64,000 nt of DNA from positions 1-64,000 of the forward strand of contig JANNWY010000212.1 in NCBI GenBank assembly GCA_031409335.1. Reading direction: 5' to 3'. The position numbers and the translations under genes are program-made. Positions 47,543-57,544 of this stretch are shown here, piece by piece. Source of the stretch: Chthoniobacteraceae bacterium (GTDB lineage Bacteria > Verrucomicrobiota > Verrucomicrobiia > Chthoniobacterales > Chthoniobacteraceae). Numbering within the stretch: the stretch's first letter is position 1; every line of letters starts with the position of its first letter. The notes beneath the pieces are model-generated. The model worked only from the letters and a program-made list of their open reading frames with translations, was not told the origin of the DNA and did no database searches.

Positions 47543-50500
47543 TCAGTTCACGTAGGCCGACTCATTCGAGAGCAGCAGCGCCTGCACGTAGGTCTCCCAC
47601 ATATCGAGGGGTTTGCGTTCGATCATCGTACCCTCATTTTGAATCGCGCCCATCGTGTCATTGCCGCGATTTTTGTTTCGCTCATAGCGTTCCTTGGCGA
47701 ACTTGGTGGAGCGTTCCGAAAGCGCCTTGTTGGCATCGACCATCTGAGGCTCCTGTCGCTTTTCTTCTCCCAAAAAGGCCAGCGCGATGTCCATCTCCGC
47801 CCTTTGGCCGGTGATCGGATTGGCACCTTTTGGAGTTCGCTGAAAGAGGAGTTCGTAGATTTTGTTGATCCTGCCAAGGGCAGTGTTTTGCGCTTTCCGA
47901 ACGTCTGGATTCGAGAGAAGGTTGCGCGCCGCATCGGCCGCCATCGGGCTGTTCATCAGGAAGAGCGCCTGTTGCGGGACGATCGTGGTGGATCGTTTGC
48001 TATTCGGCATGTCCGGGTCGCTGAAATCGAAATGGGACATCAACTCGGGCACATTGCCACGATCGATGTATCCATAAACGCTGCGGCGGTAGCTGTAAGG
48101 TTCGTCCGCCAGGTTGACGGGTTGTCCGCCGACCGTGCGGTCGAGTTTTCCGGCAAATTGAAGCAGCGAATCGCGCATCGCCTCGAAGTCGAGACGACGG
48201 ATATTGGCACGCCAGAGGAAGCGATTTTCCGGATCCTTGGCGATCGAAGCCTCCTGACGATGTGCGTCGCTGGTTTGCTGATACACCTTCGAGAGCATGA
48301 TCAGCTTGTGCAGCTTCTTCAGCGACCACCCTTGCTCCATGAAGTAGCTGCTCAGGTAGTCGAGCAATTCAGGATGGGTGGGCAATTCTGCCTGCGTGCC
48401 GAGGTCGTCCGGCGTCCGCACGAAACCCTCGCCGAAATGGTGCAGCCACACCCGATTCACCATCACACGGGCGGTGAGTGGATTGCTCTTGCCGGCGATG
48501 GCCTGCGCGAGTTCGAGGCGTCCGCTGCCCTGCCGGAAAGGCATGCGCTTTCCGCCCGGGGACAGCACTTCGAGGAAGCTGCGCGGGACGACATCGCCGC
48601 GCACATCCGCCTGGCCGCGAAGCATCACTGCGGAATCCATGACGCTCTTGGTGGGTTTGTCGGCGACGACCATCGCGCGCTTTGGCGCGCCGTCGTGGGT
48701 CATCAACAGATTGTTGATCTTGCCGAAAATGAATCCCGCTTTGCCACGCATCTGTTGAGGCCATGCGTTGCTCGCGTAGCGCAATCCATCGGTCGTCATT
48801 TTCCCAGCGACCTCGATTTTGAACGGCGTATTGATCAACTGCGTGATTGCTGGTTCGAAACCGGAAATCGTTTCTTCCTTAGCGGTCGCCGCCGCTTTCA
48901 GATACTCACGGCCCTTTTCACCCACCTGGCTGAACACCCGGCCGTAGATGTCCGCGATGTCATCAAAGGAGGCAGGCGCGGAGGCGGAGAATCCGGCGGC
49001 GACGAGTGAATTGTATTTGTTGCCTTTGTTTGTCGCGATTTCAGACGCGATGACCTTCCAGCTTTCGCCACCATCGACGAACCGCTTCAGCGGACCGAAC
49101 ACGGCATCGTTTCGGCCCAATTCTCCGCGAAGATCATTGATGATATCTTGCTCCAGCTTTTCGTCCTTGATCAGCTTTTCCAAAGTCAGGAGTTCCTCTG
49201 CTGTCGCGCTGCCGCGATTGCGGTGAGCGGCCCGAATATAGGGAGCGGCTTTCGCCCAAAACATGGGGGAGTATTCACCCAGCAGCTTGTAGTAGCGGTC
49301 TCGGTTCTCCTGCTCGAGCCCCGCCATTTGTTTTTCAAAATCGACCTGCAGCGCCTTTGTCTGCGGGGCGGAAATCTGTGGCTTATCCGCAGGCTCGACG
49401 ATGTTCGCGAAGATGCCGTGCATCGCATAGTAGTCCTTCGTCGGGATGGGATCGAACATGTGGTCGTGGCACCGCGCGCACGTCACCGTCATGGCGAGGA
49501 AGCCTTTTGAAACCACGTCGATCCGATCATTGATCACGTCGTTGGCGTTTCCGAAACGCTCGCCAACGGTCAGGAATCCGAGAGCGGCGAGATTCTCAGG
49601 GCTGTTCTTCGGGACTAGATCGGCGGCGAGTTGTTGCGTAATGAACCGGTCATAAGGCATGTCCGCGTTCAGTGACTTGATCACCCAATCCCGATAGGTC
49701 CATGCGTACGGGTAACGATAGTCTCCCATGTTATTGTTGCCATCGCCGCCGATCGTGTCGGCGTAACGCGCAGAATCGAGCCAGAAGCGGCCCCAGCGTT
49801 CACCGTAGTGGGGAGAAGCAAGGAGCCGGTCGATCACTGTCGCGAAGGCGGTGGGTGAAGCGTCGTCACGGAATTTTTTGAGTTCGTCGAGCGTCGGAGG
49901 AAGACCGATCAAATCATAAGTGGCCCTGCGCAATAGAGTATCCCTGTGAGCGGTCGGCGAAGGCGTCAAACCCATTCCCTCGATCTTCTGGAGAATGAAG
50001 CTATCAACCGGGTTGGTCTGCGGGCGCAATGCCTCGTTCTCCAGCCAGCCGCGATTCTTGAGGGCCGTCGGAACCGGGGGCTTCTTGACGGGTTGATAAG
50101 CCCAGTGATGGCGGGCTTTGTCGGTCAGCCCCGATAGCTTTGTGGCAACAGCCGCAGTCGCGGGTTTGCGCGGATCGGGCGCGCCCATTTTTACCCATGC
50201 AGTCAGATCCGCGATCTGCTGCGCAGTGAGCTTCTCGCCCTTCGGAGGCATCTGAAAGTCCGGATCCTTGTAGCCAACGGCGACGATGAGTGGACTCTTA
50301 TCCGGATCACCCGGCTTCACCACGGCACCACCCTCGCCACCTTTCTGCAACCCTTCACGGGTATCGAGCGTCAGACCACCCTTTGCCTTGTTCTCCTCCA
50401 AGCTATGACACTTGTAGCAGGTTTCCTTGAAGATCGGCTGGATCTTTTTCTCGAAGAATTCGACGTGCTTGGGATCGAGCTTTGCAGCCGCTCCCATCAT

Positions 50501-50587
50501 CATCGCCGGTTCTTCATCGGCCGCCCGCAGTGAAACTGCGGCAGCCAGCCCGGCAAAGCCGAGCAGCATTGCATTTCTTGTGCGCAT
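47543..50587 (-). CDS. Planctomycete cytochrome c protein (PSCyt1 + DUF1549 + DUF1553)
   Basis: CYKCH, CARCHDH, HYGERWGRFWLD, NPLTARVMVNRVW, PTHPELLDYL, PQQALFLMN. Confidence 0.93.
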   Translation of the reverse strand: MRTRNAMLLGFAGLAAAVSLRAADEEPAMMMGAAAKLDPKHVEFFEKKIQPIFKETCYKCHSLEENKAKGGLTLDTREGLQKGGEGGAVVKPGDPDKSPLIVAVGYKDPDFQMPPKGEKLTAQQIADLTAWVKMGAPDPRKPATAAVATKLSGLTDKARHHWAYQPVKKPPVPTALKNRGWLENEALRPQTNPVDSFILQKIEGMGLTPSPTAHRDTLLRRATYDLIGLPPTLDELKKFRDDASPTAFATVIDRLLASPHYGERWGRFWLDSARYADTIGGDGNNNMGDYRYPYAWTYRDWVIKSLNADMPYDRFITQQLAADLVPKNSPENLAALGFLTVGERFGNANDVINDRIDVVSKGFLAMTVTCARCHDHMFDPIPTKDYYAMHGIFANIVEPADKPQISAPQTKALQVDFEKQMAGLEQENRDRYYKLLGEYSPMFWAKAAPYIRAAHRNRGSATAEELLTLEKLIKDEKLEQDIINDLRGELGRNDAVFGPLKRFVDGGESWKVIASEIATNKGNKYNSLVAAGFSASAPASFDDIADIYGRVFSQVGEKGREYLKAAATAKEETISGFEPAITQLINTPFKIEVAGKMTTDGLRYASNAWPQQMRGKAGFIFGKINNLLMTHDGAPKRAMVVADKPTKSVMDSAVMLRGQADVRGDVVPRSFLEVLSPGGKRMPFRQGSGRLELAQAIAGKSNPLTARVMVNRVWLHHFGEGFVRTPDDLGTQAELPTHPELLDYLSSYFMEQGWSLKKLHKLIMLSKVYQQTSDAHRQEASIAKDPENRFLWRANIRRLDFEAMRDSLLQFAGKLDRTVGGQPVNLADEPYSYRRSVYGYIDRGNVPELMSHFDFSDPDMPNSKRSTTIVPQQALFLMNSPMAADAARNLLSNPDVRKAQNTALGRINKIYELLFQRTPKGANPITGQRAEMDIALAFLGEEKRQEPQMVDANKALSERSTKFAKERYERNKNRGNDTMGAIQNEGTMIERKPLDMWETYVQALLLSNESAYVN

Positions 50588-50604
50588 AGATGGGAGCCTC
50601 GCGG

Positions 50605-52044
50605 TTAAGCGATGACGTCTTTGACTACGTTTCCGAAATTGTCCGTGAGGCGGAAATCCCGGCCATTGTACTTATAAGTCAGTTTCTTGTGATCGAAGCC
50701 CATGAGCGCAAGAATTGTCGCGTGCAAGTCATGGACGTGGACCTTGTTCTCCGTGGCGCGCGAGCCGAATTCATCGGTCGAGCCATAAGTGGTCCCGCCT
50801 TTGACGCCACCGCCGGCCATCCAGGTGCTGAATGCGCGACCATTGTGATCGCGGCCCGCCGAGGCATTCCCGTTGCGGTCTTTCACGACGGTGCGTCCGA
50901 ATTCTCCACCCCAGATAATCAGCGTCGAATCGAGCATCCCGCGCTGCTTGAGATCCTTGATGAGCGCCGCCGCAGGACCGTCGATTTCGCCCGCGCGAGC
51001 TGGCAGCGCGCGCTCGAGGTCGCCGTGGTGATCCCACCCGCCCGCGCTCACTTGCACGAAACGGACACCGCGCTCGACGAGCCGCCGCGCGACCATCATA
51101 CGGGCACCCATTTCGGTGTTTCCGTAGAGATCCTTCACCTCCTGCGGTTCCTTGGAAATGTCGAACGCATCGGTCGCTTCGGTCTGCATCTTGAATGCCA
51201 TCTCGAAGGACTCGATCCGCGACTCCAACTGCACGTCCTTCTGCAAAGCCGCCGCGTGCATTTTGTTAAGTTCTTTCACCAGATTGAGCTGCCGGCGCTG
51301 CCGTTCCATTGGTGTGAATTGATTGCGGATATTCAGGATCACGTCGTCCAGATTCATCCCGCGCGAATAGTTCACATTCACGCCCTGATACATCCCGGGA
51401 AGGAACGACGCCTGCCGCCACTCCGGCCTGCCGCTGAGGGTGATGAAGCCCGGCATGTTCTGATTCTCCGTGCCGAGGCCGTAAACCATCCACGAACCCA
51501 TCGAAGGTTTCGGCAACTGGAGCGATCCGGTATTCATGAACCGCTGCGCGACCTCGTGCGCCGGGATGTCCGTCCACATCGAGCGGATGACGGAAATGTC
51601 ATCGATCACTTCGCCGAGTTTCGGGAACACGGAGCTGACTTCGACGCCCGACTTGCCCATCTTTGTGAATTTGAACGGCGACGGATATGCGAGACCTTCG
51701 TGGCCCGGGATCGTCTTATCGGCGTACTTTGCGAAATCAGGTTTCGGATCCCACGTGTCGATCTGCGAGGGAGCGCCCTCCGCGAAAATGTGGATGATCG
51801 ACTTCGCCTTTACCGGAAAGTGCGGAGTCTTCGGGGAAAGCGGAGTCACCAGCTTTCCGGCCGTCGTTGTCGCTGCGTCCGCGTCGTAGGGATTCAGCCC
51901 GAAAAGTGATGCGAGGCTGAGCGCGCCCATGCCCATGCCGGTGCGGATGAGGAAGTCGCGCTTGGTGAAAATGATGTCGTCAAGCGAAGGGGAGTGTTCG
52001 CGAAGATACTTGTCAGTGGTGATGTGCGGTTGTTCTGGATTCAT
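50605..52044 (-). CDS. DUF1501 protein (Tat-like KRDFL signal)
   Basis: GAPSQIDTWDPKP, ARRLVERGVRFV, GWDHH, GEFGRT, GRDHN, HVHDLHAT. Confidence 0.93.
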   Translation of the reverse strand: MNPEQPHITTDKYLREHSPSLDDIIFTKRDFLIRTGMGMGALSLASLFGLNPYDADAATTTAGKLVTPLSPKTPHFPVKAKSIIHIFAEGAPSQIDTWDPKPDFAKYADKTIPGHEGLAYPSPFKFTKMGKSGVEVSSVFPKLGEVIDDISVIRSMWTDIPAHEVAQRFMNTGSLQLPKPSMGSWMVYGLGTENQNMPGFITLSGRPEWRQASFLPGMYQGVNVNYSRGMNLDDVILNIRNQFTPMERQRRQLNLVKELNKMHAAALQKDVQLESRIESFEMAFKMQTEATDAFDISKEPQEVKDLYGNTEMGARMMVARRLVERGVRFVQVSAGGWDHHGDLERALPARAGEIDGPAAALIKDLKQRGMLDSTLIIWGGEFGRTVVKDRNGNASAGRDHNGRAFSTWMAGGGVKGGTTYGSTDEFGSRATENKVHVHDLHATILALMGFDHKKLTYKYNGRDFRLTDNFGNVVKDVIA

Positions 52045-52183
52045 AGTATTGAAGCTGGAGGCTGGGTTTACTGGCCCTTAAGTGCCACAAACCACGAACA
52101 CGGGCAATCTTTGTTTGTTTCCAATTGCCAGCGCATTTTTCGCGGTCCGACGGGCAAATTCAGGAGCATCGCGCGAGCCACCG

Positions 52184-52675
52184 TCAGCCCGCAATGGCAG
52201 CGCGCAGCCTTTCGTAAAGAACGGCAAGCGCTTCGGGTAGCACCCGCGTTCCTGACAGCACGGGCATGAAGTTGTTGTCGCCTTCCCAGCGCGGAACGAT
52301 GTGCAGATGCAGATGATCGACGACCCCAGCCCCGGCGCAGCGACCGAGGTTCAAGCCGACATTGAATCCCTGCGCACGCACCGTCGCTCGCAGGATTCGC
52401 TGCCCGAGAGCGGCGAGCGCCCAAAGTTCGAGTTGCTCGGCGTCGGTGAGTTCGGCGATTTCCGCTACTTTCCGGCAGGGGACCGCCATGAGGCGGCCGA
52501 CCGCGTATGGGTAGCGGTTCATCATCAGGAAACTATGCGCCTGCCGCGCGACGACGAGGTGGGCGTGGTCATCGGTCGCGCTGGCGGCGGCGAGGAGGAA
52601 ATCGGGTTCGCTTCTTGCCGTGAAATATTCGACCCGCCACGGCGCCCAAAGTGAAGACAGCTCGTCGGCATTCAT
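52184..52675 (-). CDS. HIT family hydrolase
   Basis: LWAPWR, NRYPY, GFNVGLNLG, HLHLHIVPRW. Confidence 0.92.
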   Translation of the reverse strand: MNADELSSLWAPWRVEYFTARSEPDFLLAAASATDDHAHLVVARQAHSFLMMNRYPYAVGRLMAVPCRKVAEIAELTDAEQLELWALAALGQRILRATVRAQGFNVGLNLGRCAGAGVVDHLHLHIVPRWEGDNNFMPVLSGTRVLPEALAVLYERLRAAIAG

Positions 52676-53127
52676 TTGGGAAAAGAGTCCGCTTTTTTGA
52701 GGAGAAGCTCGCACGCATTTTTCACCCGCTTCAAAACGTAAAACACCGTCTGCGAACGGATGCGGACGAGGTGACTGCCGACGATTTTCCCGACGAAGTC
52801 CGGCGGAAGATTTGCGATTTCTTCAGGCCGCGCACCATTCAACCCACGGCACAAGATCGTCGCCATCGCGCGCGTCAGCGTCTGGACCTGCGGCCCGAGC
52901 GTCATGCGAAATGAAGCGCGCCCTTCGGGATCGAGTCGCAGGAAAATGCCGACTGTGTCCGTGCATTCCGCATCCTTCCGCACATCCTCGAAATCGAACG
53001 CCTCTCCGCGCCGCGGCTCGTGACGTTTCGCTTGTTCCGCGCACGCGATCAGGTTTTCCCGCTTCTCCTGCTCGGTCAGTGACTCGAAAAAAGTCACGAT
53101 CTTCTGGAGTTCAGCGGGAGACTGCAT
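52672..53127 (-). CDS. sufE: SufE family sulfur-transfer protein
   Basis: Conserved Cys (ECTDTV), helical SufE-like pattern. Confidence 0.75.
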   Translation of the reverse strand: MQSPAELQKIVTFFESLTEQEKRENLIACAEQAKRHEPRRGEAFDFEDVRKDAECTDTVGIFLRLDPEGRASFRMTLGPQVQTLTRAMATILCRGLNGARPEEIANLPPDFVGKIVGSHLVRIRSQTVFYVLKRVKNACELLLKKADSFPK

Positions 53128-53135
53128 GGTAGCGG

Positions 53136-53867
53136 TCAGGGATTCGGGAAAAGCGCGGCGATTTCCGCCTGCATCGCCTCTGCCGCGGCGCGCGGATCGG
53201 GCGCGTTGCGGATCGGACGCCCGACCACGATGTGATCCGCCCCGCTGCGAAACGCCTCCGCCAAAGTCATCGTCCGCTTCTGATCATCGCTCCCGCGTTC
53301 GTCCGCCGCGCGGATTCCCGGCGTGATGATGAGCGGACCGTGACCCAGCTCCCGCCGCAGCCGCGCCGCTTCCTGGCCCGAGCAAATCAACCCGTCGATC
53401 CCCGCCGCGACCGCCTTTTTCGCGCGCAGCGAAACCAAATCCGCCACCGGCTTCGTCCACCCGATTTCCTCCAAATCACCCGCATCCATGCTCGTCAGCA
53501 CCGTCACCGCGAGCAGCTTCATCGCGCCGCGCACCTTCACCGCGTCGGGATAGACCGAGGCCACCGCGTGCAGCGTGCAACACGTCGCGCCACTCCGCGC
53601 CAGATTTTCCACCGCCCCGCGCACCGTCGCCGGGACATCGTGAAATTTCAGGTCGGCAAAGACTTTTTTGCCGGTCGCGACGAGCGTTTCGAGCACCTCG
53701 AAATATTGCCCGCTCATGCAAAATTCGAGGCCGAGCTTGTAGAAAGTCACCGCGTCACCCAGCCGCTCGATCCACGCCAGCGCATCGCTTTTCGTCGGGA
53801 CATCGAGCGCCAAAATCAGCCGGTCGCGCGGGTCGATTTGTTTGGTGGAAAGCAGTTCGTTGGACAT
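53136..53867 (-). CDS. pyrF: Orotidine-5'-phosphate decarboxylase
   Basis: LILALD, DLKFHDVPATV, VTVLTS, TPGIR, DDQKR, VVGRPI. Confidence 0.97.
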   Translation of the reverse strand: MSNELLSTKQIDPRDRLILALDVPTKSDALAWIERLGDAVTFYKLGLEFCMSGQYFEVLETLVATGKKVFADLKFHDVPATVRGAVENLARSGATCCTLHAVASVYPDAVKVRGAMKLLAVTVLTSMDAGDLEEIGWTKPVADLVSLRAKKAVAAGIDGLICSGQEAARLRRELGHGPLIITPGIRAADERGSDDQKRTMTLAEAFRSGADHIVVGRPIRNAPDPRAAAEAMQAEIAALFPNP

Positions 53868-53932
53868 CGCAGGCGGAGTTTTGTCCGCCACACGGCCAAC
53901 ATTCAACTTTCAAACTCACGAGCCCCGCCGAC

Positions 53933-55333
53933 TCAGTAAGTCTTCCGCATATTGCTCGGCAAAATATTCAGCTCATTCCGATACTTCGCCACCGTCCGCC
54001 GCGCGATCGGAATGCCGCGTTTGCTCAGGATTTCCACGATTTCCTTGTCGCTCAACGGAGTCTTCGCGTTCTCCGCTTTCACCAGCTCCGCGATCGCGCC
54101 CTTCACGCTCGTGTTGCTCATCGAAACGCCGTCCGCCGTCTGATAGCCGGGCGTGAAGAAATACTTCATTTCAAAAACACCGTGCGGCGTGCGGATGTAT
54201 TTGCCGGAAATCGCCCGGCTCACGGTCGTCTCGTGGACGCCCACGATGTCCGCGATTTGCACCATCGTCATCGGCTTCAACGCGCTCGGTCCGTGCTCCA
54301 GAAATTCCTGCTGCCGACCCACGATTTCATGGGAAATATTCGAGATCGTCTGCTGGCGCTGGTGGATGGATTTGATGAGAAATTTCCCGCTGCGAATCTT
54401 GTCGCGAATGTAATCGCGCACATCCGCGCCATTGCGCTCGGACGACATCAAATCCTTGTAAGTATTGCTGATCCGCAAATGCGGAATCTGGTCGCCATTC
54501 AGCGAAATCTGCCACTGGTCGCCGATGCGCTCGACCGTCACATCCGGCAGCACATAGTTGTTCGGATCGGCAGTGAAAATCTGGCCCGGTTTTGGATCGA
54601 GCGTCCCGATGAAATTCGCCGCGCGCTGCACCTGCTCCGCCGTCGTCCCGAGCCTGCGCGCGATCTCCGGAAACCGGCGTTTTCCCAGATCGTCGATAAA
54701 GCGATCGACGATGCGAAATTCGAGGCTCTGCTCCTTGCCGATCCGCTTGAGCTGGATGAGCAAACATTCCCGCAAATCCCGCGACGCGACGCCAATCGGA
54801 TGGAACGTCTGCACCACCGCGAGCACCCTCCCGATGTCGTCGGGATCCATGCCGGTATTTTTCGCGATGTCCTCCGGCGAAGACTGGAGAAAACCCGCGT
54901 CGTCCACATTCCCGATGATCAGCTCCGCGACCTTCCGATCGCCCGGCTGCAAATCACTCGTCTCGATCTGTTCGAGCAAATGCTGCTGAAGCGTTTCCTC
55001 CTTCACCAGCGAATCGAAAAAGAACTGCCGCCGCTCCTCATCCTCCGCCGATCGGCCCGAGTAGCTCGAACTCTGCGCCATGTAATCGCGCCACTCCTCA
55101 TCCAGCTTCGCGAGCCGCTCGAATTCCTCCTGAAACTCATCGTGCTCGGCCTGCTTGTCCTCGATCGTCGGCTCGGTTTGTTCGAGCTCGATCGTCGGAT
55201 TCGTTTCGATCTCCTGCTGGATGAGATTGCGCAATTCCAGCATCGGCACCTGCAATATTTGCAGGCTTTGCTGAAGCTGCGGCGCGAGAACTTGCGATTG
55301 CGAGAGGTTTTGAGATTGAGAGAGTCCGGCCAT
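53933..55333 (-). CDS. rpoN: RNA polymerase sigma-54 factor
   Basis: PQLQQSLQILQ, HETTVSRA, RpoN box ARRTVAKYR. Confidence 0.98.
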   Translation of the reverse strand: MAGLSQSQNLSQSQVLAPQLQQSLQILQVPMLELRNLIQQEIETNPTIELEQTEPTIEDKQAEHDEFQEEFERLAKLDEEWRDYMAQSSSYSGRSAEDEERRQFFFDSLVKEETLQQHLLEQIETSDLQPGDRKVAELIIGNVDDAGFLQSSPEDIAKNTGMDPDDIGRVLAVVQTFHPIGVASRDLRECLLIQLKRIGKEQSLEFRIVDRFIDDLGKRRFPEIARRLGTTAEQVQRAANFIGTLDPKPGQIFTADPNNYVLPDVTVERIGDQWQISLNGDQIPHLRISNTYKDLMSSERNGADVRDYIRDKIRSGKFLIKSIHQRQQTISNISHEIVGRQQEFLEHGPSALKPMTMVQIADIVGVHETTVSRAISGKYIRTPHGVFEMKYFFTPGYQTADGVSMSNTSVKGAIAELVKAENAKTPLSDKEIVEILSKRGIPIARRTVAKYRNELNILPSNMRKTY

Positions 55334-55444
55334 GATTTTTTAAGAGAATATTGGGTCCGCCCGGATCGGCAAGCAGCATCCAAGCCATCGGCTGAAAATG
55401 TTTTTCAAATGGAGATCGGCACCAATCCCGCTTCACTGTGCCGC

Positions 55445-55702
55445 ATGAAACGATCACCCATGCTCTTCGCCCTCACCGGAGTGTGCGCACTCACCGGCGC
55501 ATTGCTCCTTCCCCAGCCATCCAGTGGCCAGGCGCCCGCGTCCGGCGATGACGCACTCGCACAAATGCTCACCGAAGTCGTGACTCAGCAGACCACGATT
55601 CACGAAAACCAAACCAAGATCGACGAAAAGATCGCCGTCATCGCGGAAGACATCCGCATCGCCCGCATTTTCGTCGGCCGCGGAGGCGGAAAGGCAAAGT
55701 GA
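55445..55702 (+). CDS. Small exported coiled-coil protein
   Basis: Signal peptide plus heptads; only the last 85 codons of the long antisense ORF look real. Confidence 0.7.
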   Translation: MKRSPMLFALTGVCALTGALLLPQPSSGQAPASGDDALAQMLTEVVTQQTTIHENQTKIDEKIAVIAEDIRIARIFVGRGGGKAK

Positions 55703-55923
55703 TGAAAACGCTCGCACTCTTCATCTGGGGCATCGCCGCCATCATCGCGCTGAACGGCCCGCTGCACTCTCAAAACGCTCCGGCGAAATCTCCGCTCGAA
55801 ATCTTGCGCGAAATGAAAATCAAAAACGCGGCCCTGCTCGAAAAGCAGGCGGCCACTTTGCTAAAACTCGACGAAGTCGCCAAGGAAGCACAGCAGATCA
55901 AATTCCTCGGCAAACGCTCGTAG
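55699..55923 (+). CDS. Small exported coiled-coil protein
   Basis: Overlaps the previous stop; signal peptide plus heptads. Confidence 0.7.
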   Translation: MMKTLALFIWGIAAIIALNGPLHSQNAPAKSPLEILREMKIKNAALLEKQAATLLKLDEVAKEAQQIKFLGKRS

Positions 55924-55937
55924 CGCCAAAAAATAAA

Positions 55938-56036
55938 GCCGAAGGCCCTTGGACTGCGGTGATTCCTTCACCGCTTTTGCAAGGCGCGTGTTCTCCAGAG
56001 CGGTGAAGGAATCACCGCAGTCCAAGAGCCTTCGGC
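55938..56036. repeat. REP-like long palindrome between convergent genes
   Basis: CTTGGACTGCGGTGATTCCTTCACCGCT / AGCGGTGAAGGAATCACCGCAGTCCAAG perfect 28-bp arms, plus outer GCCGAAGGC/GCCTTCGGC. Confidence 0.88.
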
Positions 56037-56066
56037 GTTCTCCCGGCCACCTTTGTAGAAATCGTC

Positions 56067-57446
56067 CTACACCTTCTCCGCCGCCGCCTTTTTCACATCC
56101 AGCTTCCGGTAAAGCGTGGCCATGCTGATGCCGAGCATCTTCGCCGCCTTCTCGCGCGAGCCCGCGTTGAATCTGATCGTTTCGTCGATGTAGCGGCGCT
56201 CCACGTCGCGCGTGTATTCGTCGAGCGTTTGGCCCACGGGAAGGGTGCTGCTGCCTTCCGCCGCGGGCGCGTTGGCTTGGCGGACGACTTGCGGCGGGAG
56301 GTCGGAAACGCGGATCACTCCGTCGTCGCACAGCGCGCAGGCGCGTTCGATGGCGTTTTCGAGTTCACGCACGTTGCCCTGCCAGCGGTATTGCTGGAGC
56401 GTTTCGACGGCTTTGTTGTCGATCTTCTTCGGCTCGGTCGCGGTTTGCGCGGCGTTCTTCGCGAGGAAATGGTGGACCAGCAGCGGGATGTCATCGAGCC
56501 GCTCGCGGAGCGCCGGCATTTCGATCGGGATGACGCAGAGCCGGTAGTAAAGATCCTCGCGGAACTGCCCGGTCTTGATTTTTTCGTGCAGCGATTCGTT
56601 CGTCGCCGCGAGCACGCGCACATTGATGGACTGGCTCTTCGTGTCGCCCACCCGCCGGAGCTGGCGCTCTTGCAGCACGCGCAGGAGTTTCGTCTGGAGC
56701 GAGAGCGCCATCGAATTCACCTCATCGAGGAAAATCGTGCCCTGTTCGGCTTCCTCGAAAAGTCCGATCTTGTCGGAAGTCGCGCCGGTGAACGAACCCT
56801 TGCGATGGCCGAACAATTCGGATTCCAGCAGATTCTCGGGAAGTGCCGAGCAATTGATCGCGACGAAAGGCTGATGCTGGCGATTGGAATTGAAATGCAG
56901 CGCCCGCGCCACGAGTTCCTTGCCCGTGCCGCTCTCGCCTTGAATCAGGATGGTCGAATCCGTATCCGCGACCTTCGCGATCAGGTTGTAAATATCCTGC
57001 ATTCGCTGCGACGTGCCGATGATGTTTTCAAAGCGGAACTTCTCCTTCACCGCCCGCCGCAAATTCAAAATCTCGCGCCGATCCGCCTGATGATCGAGCG
57101 CCCGCTGGATCGTGAGCTGCAGCTCATCCACCTTGAACGGCTTCGTGATGTAATCGTACGCACCGAGCTTCATCGCCTCCAGCGCGCTTTCCACTTTTGC
57201 ATAAGCCGTGATCATGATGACCGGCGTCTGCGGCAGCACCTGCCGACTCTCGCGCAGGATGTCGAGCCCGTTCACCTTGTCCATTTTCAGGTCGGTGATG
57301 ATGAGCTGCGGATTTTGCGTCACGAGATTCTCCAGCGCCTTCTGCCCGGAGCTGTAGGATTCCGTCTGGTGGCCACGCTCGTGGCAGATTTCGGAAATTA
57401 CCGACACCATAGCGGGGTCGTCGTCGATGATGAGAATTCGGGCCAT
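56067..57446 (-). CDS. NtrC-family sigma-54-dependent response regulator
   Basis: Receiver domain (DDD, TDLKM, KPF), GESGTGKE, GSFTGA, FLDE, GNVREL, Fis-type HTH. Confidence 0.96.
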   Translation of the reverse strand: MARILIIDDDPAMVSVISEICHERGHQTESYSSGQKALENLVTQNPQLIITDLKMDKVNGLDILRESRQVLPQTPVIMITAYAKVESALEAMKLGAYDYITKPFKVDELQLTIQRALDHQADRREILNLRRAVKEKFRFENIIGTSQRMQDIYNLIAKVADTDSTILIQGESGTGKELVARALHFNSNRQHQPFVAINCSALPENLLESELFGHRKGSFTGATSDKIGLFEEAEQGTIFLDEVNSMALSLQTKLLRVLQERQLRRVGDTKSQSINVRVLAATNESLHEKIKTGQFREDLYYRLCVIPIEMPALRERLDDIPLLVHHFLAKNAAQTATEPKKIDNKAVETLQQYRWQGNVRELENAIERACALCDDGVIRVSDLPPQVVRQANAPAAEGSSTLPVGQTLDEYTRDVERRYIDETIRFNAGSREKAAKMLGISMATLYRKLDVKKAAAEKV

Positions 57447-57544
57447 AAAATTAGAGAATCGGTTTCGCGGTTTTGCGATTTATCAAGGATGAGAGCCCCA
57501 ATGTCCAGCAATAATACCGACAGCTTCGCGCTCCATTTCCCCAC

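Noticed and set aside
52075..52135. TGGCAC upstream of DUF1501 as a sigma-54 promoter
   Set aside because: No TTGC at the required -12 spacing; candidates near 19750, 40405 and 44465 also fail.
56067..57446. GSFTGA instead of GAFTGA as loss of sigma-54 activation
   Set aside because: GSFTGA is a common variant; the critical F-T residues are intact.
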